Virus record (IMG/VR): IMGVR_UViG_3300021387_001157
Coordinates: 64,001 to 128,000 of that record
DNA: 64,000 nucleotides
Reading direction: 5' to 3' (one strand)
From: a virus
Taxonomy: Duplodnaviria; Caudoviricetes
Shown: positions 29,646 through 39,472 of the stretch, piece by piece
Layout of the letters: each line of letters starts with the position of its first letter
How positions within the stretch are numbered: position 1 is the stretch's first letter
The notes under the pieces: generated by a model
Databases searched by the model: none
The model's input: the letters and a program-made list of their open reading frames with translations, nothing else
Told to the model about the DNA's origin: nothing
Program-made: the position numbers and the translations under genes

Positions 29646-30734
29646 TTAAATTTTAGGATTGTCATAAGTTATTATGTTTTCAAATACTTTGTTGAACTCC
29701 GCCACCCTATCCATCTCATCACAATGTGTGAGTTCAACAATATAACTCTCTTCTCCACAATCTTCTTCAATCCTTTCTTTTAGTTCTCCGATATCGAGTT
29801 TTGAGTATTTGAACTCACCTTGTCCCTCGTTAAAATGATTTGTCCGGTCTTCTTTGATTCCAGTTGAAATTACTGCTCGATTTAATTGTGAAAACTCACC
29901 ATCACCATGTCGTGTAAGGTATGGTCTTGTTACATAGTGTAAAAAAGTGTTGCAATTTTTTTCGGTCAATCCAATTTGATTCATTATTATTTTTGAATAA
30001 CTTATTCCCGTATCTGATGGGGTTGTATCATAAGTATCTTTACCAGTGTCTTTTAAAAGTAACCCTTGACCATTTTCGAAAATAAAGTTGTCAAATTTAA
30101 ATAGTCTTTCACTATCTGCTGAAATAGGAATCGTGTTCTCGAACATGAATGTGCAGTCATCGATGAAATGCCAAACCAAATTTTGGTCGTTCCATATTTT
30201 TTTCCATTTGTCTGGTATTGTTATCTTTTTTTCGTAGTAACTCTTGACTTTCATCAAATAATCAAATCTTATCTGAACTGGAATATCATCACAAAAGTGG
30301 TCGAAACCAATAGTTGATGTTTCTTTGTATCTTATTATTGTGTTCCATATTCCCATCCTACAAGAAGCGTGGGAACCTTTCAGTTCCTCCATTATAGAGT
30401 TTGCAATCATATCGAATGGTGTTGACCAGCGACAATTTACGTCACGATAAGTCACAACGGGTTTAACAACCAACTCGTTCCATTCTTTTACAAATTGCAT
30501 TGGGTTCAATATGAAAAAAGAAGAATAGTAGTTGGTTGCACCGTAATATGTTCCGGAACCGAAGTGTTGAAAGGTGTGTTCTCCAATATCTGTTATCACG
30601 GAATGACCTCTTTGGGAACCTCCGTTTGTTAAGATATTAAGGACTTTTTCACTTTCTTTGGTGTACTTCGCCACCACAGTACCTTTGCCTTCGTCACCAT
30701 TACATGAACCAACTACTATTCTTGCTGTTTTCAT
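29646..30734 (-). CDS. Divergent adenylosuccinate synthetase (PurA)-like ligase
   Basis: GDEGKG, GG.QRGH, FENGQGLLL, TPS.TG, YLTRHG.G retained; TTGR.RR aspartate loop replaced; only 362 aa. Confidence 0.8.
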   Translation of the reverse strand: MKTARIVVGSCNGDEGKGTVVAKYTKESEKVLNILTNGGSQRGHSVITDIGEHTFQHFGSGTYYGATNYYSSFFILNPMQFVKEWNELVVKPVVTYRDVNCRWSTPFDMIANSIMEELKGSHASCRMGIWNTIIRYKETSTIGFDHFCDDIPVQIRFDYLMKVKSYYEKKITIPDKWKKIWNDQNLVWHFIDDCTFMFENTIPISADSERLFKFDNFIFENGQGLLLKDTGKDTYDTTPSDTGISYSKIIMNQIGLTEKNCNTFLHYVTRPYLTRHGDGEFSQLNRAVISTGIKEDRTNHFNEGQGEFKYSKLDIGELKERIEEDCGEESYIVELTHCDEMDRVAEFNKVFENIITYDNPKI

Positions 30735-30746
30735 TTGTTTGTTATT

Positions 30747-31640
30747 TTACCAAGTAATCTCACCGTTCTCGTTAATCATCATATTAATCATCATATTTTG
30801 AGTAGGAACGGCTTCCTCTAAATTTGAACTACCTTCAATAGATTCATCAATACATTCTTCAATTGTTTTTGACAAATCATTGACAGTAGAGACCTTTAGT
30901 CTATTACCAAGTGTATGACCGAATGTGTCTTCGATACCTCTTCTGTGGTAAATGTATGAATTATTAGTGTCATTGACAGCGATGTGGAAGACATCGAATT
31001 TTTCAATCACTTTTAAATAGAGTTCCGGAGTTTCAATATCACTCTGTTCTGTGGAACCAATCTTGTCGTTAAGTTGATTTTTTGGTAGATAAGGATTGAG
31101 TTCCTCGTCACCCATTGTGATGATGATACCTTTACGACCTTGATTATTGGCATCGAGTTTTGTACGATTTAGTCCCATGTACCATGCTGCCGTATAACTT
31201 TCGAAAGAATTACCACCACCACCATGTTCCATGTAGATTTTGTCGAGACACTCGGCAATTCTTACATCACTCTCGAACTGAGACATCTGAATTGGTGCAT
31301 TGTCATAGGCGAGGTCTCCAATACCCATCACACAAAATTCGATGTCCTTATACTTTTTGTATAAGTTGGACATGATTACTCCGAGTGCTTCGGCACACTC
31401 CTTACACGAGTTACCCATACTTCCTGTCACATCGAGTGCCAAGATTACTGGGATGGTATTAGGGTGTTCGTCAGAATTGACACACTCACGAATGGTGAAT
31501 TTTCTTGGGTCAAGATTTGGGTCAAGATGACTCATAGTATATTCTTGACCAATAATTCTTCCCGAAGAGATGTCATAACTTTTACCCAATGATGTACTAT
31601 AACTAGCATATGCTGTGGTTGACCAAGTTCCTGAACCCAT
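30747..31640 (-). CDS. von Willebrand factor A (vWA) domain protein
   Basis: MIDAS LALDVTGSM, GIGD, GGGGN..ESY, ITMGDE; MGSGTWS N-terminus. Confidence 0.85.
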   Translation of the reverse strand: MGSGTWSTTAYASYSTSLGKSYDISSGRIIGQEYTMSHLDPNLDPRKFTIRECVNSDEHPNTIPVILALDVTGSMGNSCKECAEALGVIMSNLYKKYKDIEFCVMGIGDLAYDNAPIQMSQFESDVRIAECLDKIYMEHGGGGNSFESYTAAWYMGLNRTKLDANNQGRKGIIITMGDEELNPYLPKNQLNDKIGSTEQSDIETPELYLKVIEKFDVFHIAVNDTNNSYIYHRRGIEDTFGHTLGNRLKVSTVNDLSKTIEECIDESIEGSSNLEEAVPTQNMMINMMINENGEITW

Positions 31641-31643
31641 AGA

Positions 31644-32285
31644 TTAGTCCTCCTCTTCTACTTCGTCAATCTTGTTAGTCTTTTCGTCATCTTCCTCTTC
31701 GTCATCATCGTTGAAGTCGAGGTCGAAGTCGAACATTCCCTCGAATGGGTTGCCGGTGTTTTTACCATCCATCATCATGGACATTGCCATCATTTGTCCA
31801 AAGTTACTCATACCGTTAGTGTTTCCACCACCAAGCATCTGGGTCATCATCATCATCTTTATCATCATTTTTAGACCCTTACCATTCTTGAAGGTGTTAC
31901 CGAACATTGAAACAATCTTACCGTAGAAGTAGGTACTTCCCATAAAGATGTGGCGTTCAGGAACAACCTCACGAATTTCGGAGTTCTCATAGTCGATGAC
32001 CTTGATAGTTTTCTTGTTAGCCTCGATGACACATTTTGGTTTACCACCGACAAGGATGATGTCTCCGATGTCAACCTTGTTGGTAGGAATGATGAAGAAC
32101 ATCTCATCACCGACGTTGAAACAGAAGTTGGTTACGTTGGTGAGCGTGCCCTTCTTCACATTGTATGTCTTGTACTCACCATTACCACACTTGACGGCGA
32201 TACCACCGTTCATTGTTAAACGACATTTGCCCGGTTCAATCTTACCGAACATACCATTGAAATTTTTTTGAATGTTTTCGAACAT
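31644..32285 (-). CDS. Hypothetical protein with Met/Gly-rich and acidic C-terminus (vWA operon partner)
   Basis: 3 nt upstream of the vWA gene; MMIKMMMMTQMLGGGN...MMAMSMMM, D/E tail. Confidence 0.75.
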   Translation of the reverse strand: MFENIQKNFNGMFGKIEPGKCRLTMNGGIAVKCGNGEYKTYNVKKGTLTNVTNFCFNVGDEMFFIIPTNKVDIGDIILVGGKPKCVIEANKKTIKVIDYENSEIREVVPERHIFMGSTYFYGKIVSMFGNTFKNGKGLKMMIKMMMMTQMLGGGNTNGMSNFGQMMAMSMMMDGKNTGNPFEGMFDFDLDFNDDDEEEDDEKTNKIDEVEEED

Positions 32286-32303
32286 AACTTTAAATTTAAT
32301 TGT

Positions 32304-32510
32304 TTATAAAATTTCCTCGATTGTAACATTTTCATCAATCCAAAGTGAAGCCTCCTCTGCTTTCTTTTTTGATGAAAATATTGCCTTATGTTTTTGTGAA
32401 GAAGCATAATATGTGAAAATGAGTTTTCCAGTATCAATGTTTCTTAACACAAATAGTTTATCATATTCTGTTTTCATTTGAAGTTTGGTGGTTTTGGGAG
32501 TTTTCTCCAA
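32304..32510 (-). CDS. Hypothetical protein
   Basis: Short ORF in operon order; start uncertain. Confidence 0.5.
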   Translation of the reverse strand: MEKTPKTTKLQMKTEYDKLFVLRNIDTGKLIFTYYASSQKHKAIFSSKKKAEEASLWIDENVTIEEIL

Positions 32511-32749
32511 TGAGTTACTTCACACTGGTTGTTGATATAGATTTCATCACATCTGTCGTCATTATCGAGAATCCATCTCTCTAATTTCCATGAATATTCT
32601 GAAATTGATGGAAGTCCTACAAACCCATCATATTTCTCTCTATGTGCAATGAGTACCCAATCCCATCTACGTCTGTCTGGTAGGTGTTTCTTACATGGAA
32701 TCCAAAACCCCAATAGGGCAAGAAATTCCCAAAATGCATTCTTTATCAT
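32474..32749 (-). CDS. DUF551-like small phage protein
   Basis: WIPC...LP ... VTHWRKLPKPP. Confidence 0.65.
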   Translation of the reverse strand: MIKNAFWEFLALLGFWIPCKKHLPDRRRWDWVLIAHREKYDGFVGLPSISEYSWKLERWILDNDDRCDEIYINNQCEVTHWRKLPKPPNFK

Positions 32750-32759
32750 AACTTATTTT

Positions 32760-33497
32760 TTAGAACAATGCCTCACCATAGTTTTGGTCGACATTAGGTT
32801 GTTTTATTCCGAGTATAAAGTCACATATCCAGTTCCTTGCATAATCGTGACTTATCATACTTCTGTCCTCCGAACACAAACCCGCTTGACCACTACTCTT
32901 GGATGAAAGAATATTTTTAACAACTTTACTTTGTTGTCGTGTCTCACCATCAAGAGGTTCACAGTTGATGAAAAAGTATGCCGTAGGTTTCTTGAAGAAA
33001 TCACCACGTTTGGTTCTATCCATATCAACAAGTGTGGGTGGCATCACGAAGTTTGCTTTTAAGAATGTCTGCTCACTCCAAGGATTCTCCATTATGAGTC
33101 TCAGACCCCTCATCTGTGCAACAGCAAGCATCTTTACAGCAAGACTGAAGAAGTATTCTCTGTTGTGACTTCTCTCAAGAATCAAGTCTGTCTTTTCCTT
33201 CATTGTTTTCTTCCGGTAATTCACACACGTCCAATACATTAACATCTGTGACAATGCTGAAAAATATATGCAAGGGAAGAAAGCCACTATCAAGTCGTCT
33301 TTGGTTATGTTATCGAATATGGAAGGTTTGTAGTCGTAGGCATTCTCTATCTCCTTAAACAAGTCATCTTGATGGTCGGTCTCACCGAAGTTGTTCTGAA
33401 TGTCATAGTCTTCGGCGGGTATTCCGAGTTTAATGAACTCGTTTTTAAATGTACCGGATTGTTCAAAGAAACAATGAACCTTTCCCTTAATCTCCAT
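32760..33497 (-). CDS. Short phage C5-cytosine DNA methyltransferase-like protein
   Basis: HCFFEQSG (motif I-like), AFFPC (motif IV), IMENP (motif VI), KKPT.Y, RSMIS..YA. Confidence 0.7.
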   Translation of the reverse strand: MEIKGKVHCFFEQSGTFKNEFIKLGIPAEDYDIQNNFGETDHQDDLFKEIENAYDYKPSIFDNITKDDLIVAFFPCIYFSALSQMLMYWTCVNYRKKTMKEKTDLILERSHNREYFFSLAVKMLAVAQMRGLRLIMENPWSEQTFLKANFVMPPTLVDMDRTKRGDFFKKPTAYFFINCEPLDGETRQQSKVVKNILSSKSSGQAGLCSEDRSMISHDYARNWICDFILGIKQPNVDQNYGEALF

Positions 33498-34495
33498 CAG
33501 AACTTACGTTTGATTATATCTACAGCTAGATGGTTGAGTTCTTTATTGACGACCTTTTTCTCATTGGATGAAAGGTCGTTATACTCTGGATGGTCTTTTG
33601 TAAATTCCTCAAGAGTATCTGCTGAGAACTCTTTAATAAGAAGACCCATCTGCTTTGGCATCTCAAGCTCACCGAGGTGTGACACGACATTGTTGATTCG
33701 TGCCTCAGTCACATACTGACCAATCACCGATACGAGTTCGTTGCAAGTGTTTGAGTATACTACCTGAACCTTTTCTTTTTTGTCACTCTTCTCAAACTCG
33801 TTGAACTTCGGGTTCTTGTTCTTGATGATGATTCTCTCACCGTTGGCGAATCTGATGTCCTCGATAGGTTTGATTACAACACCCTCTGCATAGTTATTCT
33901 CAAGTCTTGGATAACCGAGACGCTCACCTATGGTACTGATGAAGATTGGGTCGTAGGCGAGACACTCATCAAGTGTACCACGGAAGAGTTCCTTATTATA
34001 GAAGAAACCGAACTCTTCGAAAAGACGATTACACTCATCAACACCTAGGTAGATATTCTTCTCATTGTTACTCACGAGAATGTCAAATGCATAGAACTCG
34101 TGGTTTGGACAATACTGAATACCTTTCTGAATCTTCGGAACATTACTCTTATAACCGTCATATCCACCACCAAAGAACTCACCAAACACTTGTATCTGCT
34201 TGATGTTATTCTTCTTGAGTTGTTCCATGATACCGATGACACCACCTTTGAGACGACTTTCGGCGAAATCTTGGAAACCGTAGAACTTATCTTCTGGAGT
34301 AAGAACTGAACCACGTTTACCTGTTATAATTTGTCCAGAACCATCTGTGATTACTGATGTGTTGCACCCATCAACTTTCTCCGACACGGAGAAAAGCATA
34401 TTTGGACAACCAAGGAAGTTGAGACTCTCACGTACTTTCTCAATGTATGCTTCCCTGTAACTATTCTCAATTGAGGTATATTTCTTGAATTCCAT
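33497..34495 (-). CDS. RNA ligase, Rnl2 family
   Basis: FKKYTSIEN, motif I EKVDGCN, GEFFGG, FYAFDI, EGVVIK, IKNKN.KF.E; C-domain YVTEARINNVVS. Confidence 0.9.
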   Translation of the reverse strand: MEFKKYTSIENSYREAYIEKVRESLNFLGCPNMLFSVSEKVDGCNTSVITDGSGQIITGKRGSVLTPEDKFYGFQDFAESRLKGGVIGIMEQLKKNNIKQIQVFGEFFGGGYDGYKSNVPKIQKGIQYCPNHEFYAFDILVSNNEKNIYLGVDECNRLFEEFGFFYNKELFRGTLDECLAYDPIFISTIGERLGYPRLENNYAEGVVIKPIEDIRFANGERIIIKNKNPKFNEFEKSDKKEKVQVVYSNTCNELVSVIGQYVTEARINNVVSHLGELEMPKQMGLLIKEFSADTLEEFTKDHPEYNDLSSNEKKVVNKELNHLAVDIIKRKF

Positions 34496-34517
34496 AACTA
34501 AACTATATTTTTTAATG

Positions 34518-35552
34518 TTAAACTTTCGTTTCTTTTTTCTTCACTATTAAAGATAACAAAATTGAACCAAAAAGTATTCCTAAAATTACAAAAAGTGAAG
34601 ATAATGTTGAAATTTCTATTCCAAATATCTCGTGATTTATCATTTTTATTCCGACAAACACGAGCAGACACCCAAGACCATACTTCAACATCCAGAATTT
34701 GTCATTGACACCGCTAAACAAGAAGAACAACGACCGGAGACCCATGATTGCAAAAATGTTGGAGAAATATATGACAAACGTATCTCTCGTTACAGAAAAT
34801 GCTGCCGGTATCGAATCTACTGCAAATACAATGTCTGAGAACTCAATGACAAGTAGGACGAGTAGTAACGGAGTTATATGTAATATTCCATCGATTTCTG
34901 TAATAAACTTGTGTCCGTCAAGTTTTTTAGACACACAGAAGTATTTGTTGGCAAACTTGACAATTGGATGGTCTTCTGTTTTCACATCACCATCGTCTTT
35001 ACTATAAAACATTTTCACACCACTGAAGATGAGTATCACACCAAAGATGGCAAGTATTATAGAGAATTTAGAAACAATTGTACCGAGCAAAAAGATAAAT
35101 ATGAATCTCATCACGATGGCGACCAAGATACCCCAAAACAAGACTCTGTGGTAGTATATCTTGTCTATTCCAAAATTGATGAACACCATCAACATCACAA
35201 ATATATTGTCAATCGACAGTGATTTCTCCAACCAATAACCTGCCATATACTGCTCGAAGATTTCCTTTCTGTATATCTTCAGTGCTTCCGAATACTCCAT
35301 ACCTGGTTGAATAAGTTTTTCAAGTCCTACATCCTTTGCATAATTCAAAAGACTCTCCATGTCAGTTATTCCATGAATCCACTCTGCATGGAACAACAAG
35401 ACAAGACTGAATAGCATTGCCATTCCAATCCAAATTCCTGTCCAAATGGCAGCTTCCTTGATTCCAATCACATGGTCTTTTTTGTGGAAGACTCCGAGGT
35501 CGAGGGCGAGCATTGCCGTTATAAATACCAAAAATATGATAAAAAATGTCAT
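34518..35552 (-). CDS. TerC/Alx family membrane protein
   Basis: LALDLGVFH, EKSLSIDNIFV, HRVLFWGIL.A...R, D.VFAVDSIPA, SNIFAIMGLRSL. Confidence 0.93.
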   Translation of the reverse strand: MTFFIIFLVFITAMLALDLGVFHKKDHVIGIKEAAIWTGIWIGMAMLFSLVLLFHAEWIHGITDMESLLNYAKDVGLEKLIQPGMEYSEALKIYRKEIFEQYMAGYWLEKSLSIDNIFVMLMVFINFGIDKIYYHRVLFWGILVAIVMRFIFIFLLGTIVSKFSIILAIFGVILIFSGVKMFYSKDDGDVKTEDHPIVKFANKYFCVSKKLDGHKFITEIDGILHITPLLLVLLVIEFSDIVFAVDSIPAAFSVTRDTFVIYFSNIFAIMGLRSLFFLFSGVNDKFWMLKYGLGCLLVFVGIKMINHEIFGIEISTLSSLFVILGILFGSILLSLIVKKKETKV

Positions 35553-35911
35553 GTCATTATTGTTGTTACTGATTCTTCTTTTTTAATTGGAACAAATATT
35601 GCATAATCGTTATCGTCTTCAAAGTGATTGATGGTGTCCAAAAATGAGTTACCCCACTTGAAACGAAGATACTCAAATTCAGTGCCGTTCCATTTTGCAT
35701 GGGTTGTATTCCGTGTGTCACCAAGATACCAAGAGCCAACTTCAAGGTCTTTCTTTGCTATGGCACCACAACGGATTAGGTTGGGTACTATAACATCATT
35801 GTAGAATGCTTTCTCTTCGTCGGTTCTGCAAAGAGGAATGTCTGGTATGTCGTGTTCATTTTCGAAATGTTTCAGACTTTCCCAATACTCTTTTGTAAAT
35901 ATTTCATTCAT
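35549..35911 (-). CDS. Hypothetical phage protein
   Basis: Likely start MNEIFTK at 35911; I.KKDL..G..Y.G..RN...A.W.G..F.Y.R.K. Confidence 0.65.
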   Translation of the reverse strand: MNEIFTKEYWESLKHFENEHDIPDIPLCRTDEEKAFYNDVIVPNLIRCGAIAKKDLEVGSWYLGDTRNTTHAKWNGTEFEYLRFKWGNSFLDTINHFEDDNDYAIFVPIKKEESVTTIMT

Positions 35912-36230
35912 TTTCTTCGTTTGCTCGTTTCTCTTGTTTCCAAAACTCACAAGTATGGCAATAGCACCGGAACTTATCCTTACCGTTTTGGTTGGATGGA
36001 TGTGTGCATAAAATTCCGTCCGGAATTCGAAAATCACGGTTAGGGTCACGGTTTGCACATACGATACAATGTTTTAATTTCAGATGTTCAACATATAGTT
36101 TGTCACCGTAAATTGACTCTGTAAGTTTATCTATCTTCTTCTCAACTCTATCCATTAACTTTTGAAGACGACTCTTCTTTGAATTGAGTTTACGGAGACG
36201 TGCATTTTTTGCTTTGAATATTTTACCCAT
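35904..36230 (-). CDS. Hypothetical Cys-rich protein
   Basis: CxxC...C...CxCxxC. Confidence 0.55.
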   Translation of the reverse strand: MGKIFKAKNARLRKLNSKKSRLQKLMDRVEKKIDKLTESIYGDKLYVEHLKLKHCIVCANRDPNRDFRIPDGILCTHPSNQNGKDKFRCYCHTCEFWKQEKRANEENE

Positions 36231-36489
36231 TGTATTTCCTTTCATTCCACTTATCCATTATTTTCGTTGCTATTTGTTGTACACCAAACATTCTGCCACT
36301 CATCTTCATTTCGACACAACAATGTGGACATTTGATAACAATAGTCCTGCTCGGCGTGTATTCGTTTCCTCTTAGATGCCAAATTGGTGTTGTTCCACAA
36401 AACGGACATGGTTTCAAAAGAGGATTTTCTGAGTCGTAGTTGTGGATTTCAACTTTTGTTTCGGGTTCAAAACCAAGATTGATTTGCAT
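36223..36489 (-). CDS. Lar-family restriction-alleviation-like zinc finger
   Basis: LKPCPFCG ... I.CxxC ... KWN.R. Confidence 0.7.
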   Translation of the reverse strand: MQINLGFEPETKVEIHNYDSENPLLKPCPFCGTTPIWHLRGNEYTPSRTIVIKCPHCCVEMKMSGRMFGVQQIATKIMDKWNERKYNG

Positions 36490-36490
36490 A

Positions 36491-36955
36491 CTAAGCGAGT
36501 CTTAAACCATTGAGAACTTCTTTTTTAACAGCATTCTCTATTCCACCGACAAACGATATGAAATCTTTTTCAAGAATTTCTTCATCTGTTACACCTTCTC
36601 CTACCCGTTTCAACTTGTATATATCAAACGTAGGATAGTTTTCACGGTCCCACACCTTCTCGTCTGCAAGTAGACAAATTGATGTAGTTAGGTCTCCAAG
36701 GTCTTCCTCTTCGAATGTCTCAAATTTGATTCCATTTTCCGTGAAGATTTTCTTTATGTTGTGCATATCAAAGGTGGTGCCGCCAGACAACATAACTAGT
36801 GTCTTGTCTTTGTTAATCCACTGTTGCAAGTCCTCATCGTCCCAATGTTTTCTGATATACTCACACACACCGTGAGTTGTCTGGACACCCTTGTTCTGAC
36901 CGTCAAGTTGTCTCAAGACAATGCTGTACATCTTGTAACCTTTTTTCTCTTCCAT
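36491..36955 (-). CDS. Peptidyl-tRNA hydrolase type 2-like phage protein
   Basis: MY.IV..QL.....GVQ..H, W....KT.V.L.GG, F.E.DL....T.IC. Confidence 0.55.
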   Translation of the reverse strand: MEEKKGYKMYSIVLRQLDGQNKGVQTTHGVCEYIRKHWDDEDLQQWINKDKTLVMLSGGTTFDMHNIKKIFTENGIKFETFEEEDLGDLTTSICLLADEKVWDRENYPTFDIYKLKRVGEGVTDEEILEKDFISFVGGIENAVKKEVLNGLRLA

Positions 36956-36957
36956 TT

Positions 36958-37521
36958 TTATTTAGTTAATTCTTCGATTTCTTTTGATATTTGTTTTTGT
37001 ACTTCCTCAACACTAGGATATATGATGTTTGGTGCAACAACATTTGGTGCAATCTGTTCTGGTGTGATGTCTTCCATTTTATCACCCTTTTCGTTATTAC
37101 AGATAACACACATGGTCTGATAGTTTTCAAGCTTGTTCTCACCACCTTTGGAACGTGGTATAATATGGTCCTTTGTCATAAGGACATACTGACCATCCGG
37201 TTTCTGACCGATAAGTTCAAGATGATAGTGTGGGTCTGGGGTACCTTTTTTACTTTTGTTTTTTACCATTATGAAGAATTTTCCTTCTGCACCACACACC
37301 ACACATTTCATTCCCTTTGTGAAGAATAGTTGCAGTCTCTGTGAGTTTGCTTTCACTTCCTCACCATCAATCTCAACACGTTTTATGTTTCTTTTACACT
37401 TAATGTAATCTGAGAACAAATCATTTTTGACTGCTTCATGCACTTCCTCAATCGAGTATATCCTGTCACGAACTATGACACTATCTGGGATTCCGAAAAC
37501 TTCAATTCCGTTGATATTCAT
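36958..37521 (-). CDS. HNH endonuclease
   Basis: CVVCG...TKDHIIPRSKGG.N.LENYQTMCVICNNEK. Confidence 0.88.
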   Translation of the reverse strand: MNINGIEVFGIPDSVIVRDRIYSIEEVHEAVKNDLFSDYIKCKRNIKRVEIDGEEVKANSQRLQLFFTKGMKCVVCGAEGKFFIMVKNKSKKGTPDPHYHLELIGQKPDGQYVLMTKDHIIPRSKGGENKLENYQTMCVICNNEKGDKMEDITPEQIAPNVVAPNIIYPSVEEVQKQISKEIEELTK

Positions 37522-38105
37522 ATTTTACACTCTTTCAATATGTTTAACGTTATAATATCGTTGTTCTGCTGAGACATATAGTTCAGTTTTTCCAAATCAA
37601 ATTCCTCCTTTTGGAATTTGAACTGAATCCAGTTTGGTTCGTCCTCACGGTAATCGAGCCAACTCTTTGGTTCGTCGGTTTCCAGAACAAGCTTCACCAT
37701 TCTGAGAAGTCTTTCACCAGCAAGTTTCGACTTAACGAATCCAGAGAGGTCGTATCCAATTCCAAGAGATGTCCAATACTCACCTTCTTCTGGTCTTTCA
37801 TCTGGGGCGACGTAATGGATACGCTGATTATAATTTCCAGTAAACTCGGTATTTAGTCTGAATGTCATACCTATTCTTGAACCAAAGGAAGTAGATGTAC
37901 TTTCTATGCAGAATAGTTCATTATTGGATTCTATGAATGCTGGAAGACTATATATGTCTATATTGTTTCTGTTGGCTGTTTGTACGGCATTTTCAACACA
38001 TTCAAATAATTCACCTAGTGATAAGGTTCTGATGCCCTTATTCTTTTCGTCATAACTTTTATATTGAGAGCACTCGTAGTTGTTATAATTTTTACCCAAA
38101 TACAT
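37518..38105 (-). CDS. Hypothetical protein
   Basis: 195-aa ORF preceded by a class II motif. Confidence 0.7.
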   Translation of the reverse strand: MYLGKNYNNYECSQYKSYDEKNKGIRTLSLGELFECVENAVQTANRNNIDIYSLPAFIESNNELFCIESTSTSFGSRIGMTFRLNTEFTGNYNQRIHYVAPDERPEEGEYWTSLGIGYDLSGFVKSKLAGERLLRMVKLVLETDEPKSWLDYREDEPNWIQFKFQKEEFDLEKLNYMSQQNNDIITLNILKECKI

Positions 38106-38124
38106 AATGTTTTTTTTAAAGATA

Positions 38125-38673
38125 CTATTTTTTTTCTACACAATCCATAATGTAGTCCATAGAATATACGGTAAACATTTTTTTTGCCTTTTCGGCATCT
38201 TCTTTCGTGTGGAAAAGAAAAATTGATTTGCAGTAGTTTGTTATTTTTTTCCAAGCGAAATAATCGATTTCGTGTACTGCAATACCTTTGTCTGTGGTTT
38301 CACTGAACGAGAGAATCCACTTTGATGGTGCCGCTACAAGATTTATCTCACCCTCTTCAATAGTTCTACTTTCATTTTCATTGTACAACTCATAAGTGAC
38401 ATAAAGCAAGTCTTTTATCACCTTATAGTTTATCTTTTTGACTATGTAGACTTTTTGCTCTTTTTGGTTAATGATTCGTACCTTGTCACCAACGAGGAAT
38501 TTGTTGCTTCCTTCGAAAATATATTCAAAGTAATCTTCATTGTTAAAGTCGATATATGGATATGATTTCTTTACATCTTTCGTATTGAAGATTTTACCTG
38601 CAATGAACGGAGTTCCTTCGATTGATTTTTTTACTCTTATTGCTGGAATAAAACTTTTTCCTTTATTTTTCAT
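38125..38673 (-). CDS. Hypothetical protein
   Basis: 182-aa ORF; its TAG stop lies inside the class II motif. Confidence 0.65.
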   Translation of the reverse strand: MKNKGKSFIPAIRVKKSIEGTPFIAGKIFNTKDVKKSYPYIDFNNEDYFEYIFEGSNKFLVGDKVRIINQKEQKVYIVKKINYKVIKDLLYVTYELYNENESRTIEEGEINLVAAPSKWILSFSETTDKGIAVHEIDYFAWKKITNYCKSIFLFHTKEDAEKAKKMFTVYSMDYIMDCVEKK

Positions 38674-39245
38674 TTTAGTAAATATTTAATTCCAATTGTT
38701 AGAAATAAACCGCTTTCGTCACGGATATAGTTGTCCGATGATGAATATAAAGTTAAATTTTGAACGAACCCTAACTCACTTGATACCCACAAGTTATTTG
38801 ATATTGGGAGGTTATACCCGAGTCCCAAGACGAATGAACAGAATATCAAGAAGTGACTTGCTGTGGTATAATTCACATCTATTCTAGTTGCATCACAACG
38901 TGGTCTGATTTCGAAAAAAATATATGGTTTCCCTTCACGTGTCGATACAAGAAGTCCGGCACCGATATTAAGAAGTACACTCGGAAGACCGGATGTGTTG
39001 AAGTTATATCCGATGTCTCCTCTCAGACGGACTGCTGTTGCTTCAGTGAAGAACGAAGAAAATTCACCTCCGGTGGAAAGTACTATAGATTTATGACCGA
39101 ACACATAAGGTATGCTAGACGAACTAACAAAGTTTGATGTTATACCTATATTTCCAGATACACACAAATATGAATCTGCATCACATTGTGCATATGTAGA
39201 TGTTGCAAATATCGCTGCAAACAGTATGATTATTATATTTTTCAT
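38670..39245 (-). CDS. Small outer-membrane beta-barrel protein
   Basis: Signal peptide ...STYA/Q, alternating strands GLGYNLPI, terminal LTIGIKYL. Confidence 0.65.
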   Translation of the reverse strand: MKNIIIILFAAIFATSTYAQCDADSYLCVSGNIGITSNFVSSSSIPYVFGHKSIVLSTGGEFSSFFTEATAVRLRGDIGYNFNTSGLPSVLLNIGAGLLVSTREGKPYIFFEIRPRCDATRIDVNYTTASHFLIFCSFVLGLGYNLPISNNLWVSSELGFVQNLTLYSSSDNYIRDESGLFLTIGIKYLLK

Positions 39246-39472
39246 TTCCTAAATATTATTTCATTGCAACTGCTTCAACCTGCATCTTTTCGATGATTTC
39301 ATCAACGATGACTATTGTCTGCATCTGGAGATTGACAATAAAAATCATAGTTGGGCTCGTCAAAACTGTCGAAACAACAACTCCTATCTTCTTCATTGTG
39401 ACACAAAGGGCAGTCGTTGCAATGTTCAACATTTATGGTTTGTGTTATTGTAATTCCCATAGTCTTATTCTT

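Noticed and set aside
29646-30734. PurZ / 2-aminoadenine (Z-genome) pathway
   Set aside because: The catalytic Asp in GDEGKG is retained (PurZ has Ser), and no clear DatZ/MazZ partners are adjacent
36958-37521. Intron- or intein-associated homing element
   Set aside because: The HNH ORF is free-standing between intact ORFs; no split host gene or splice motifs seen
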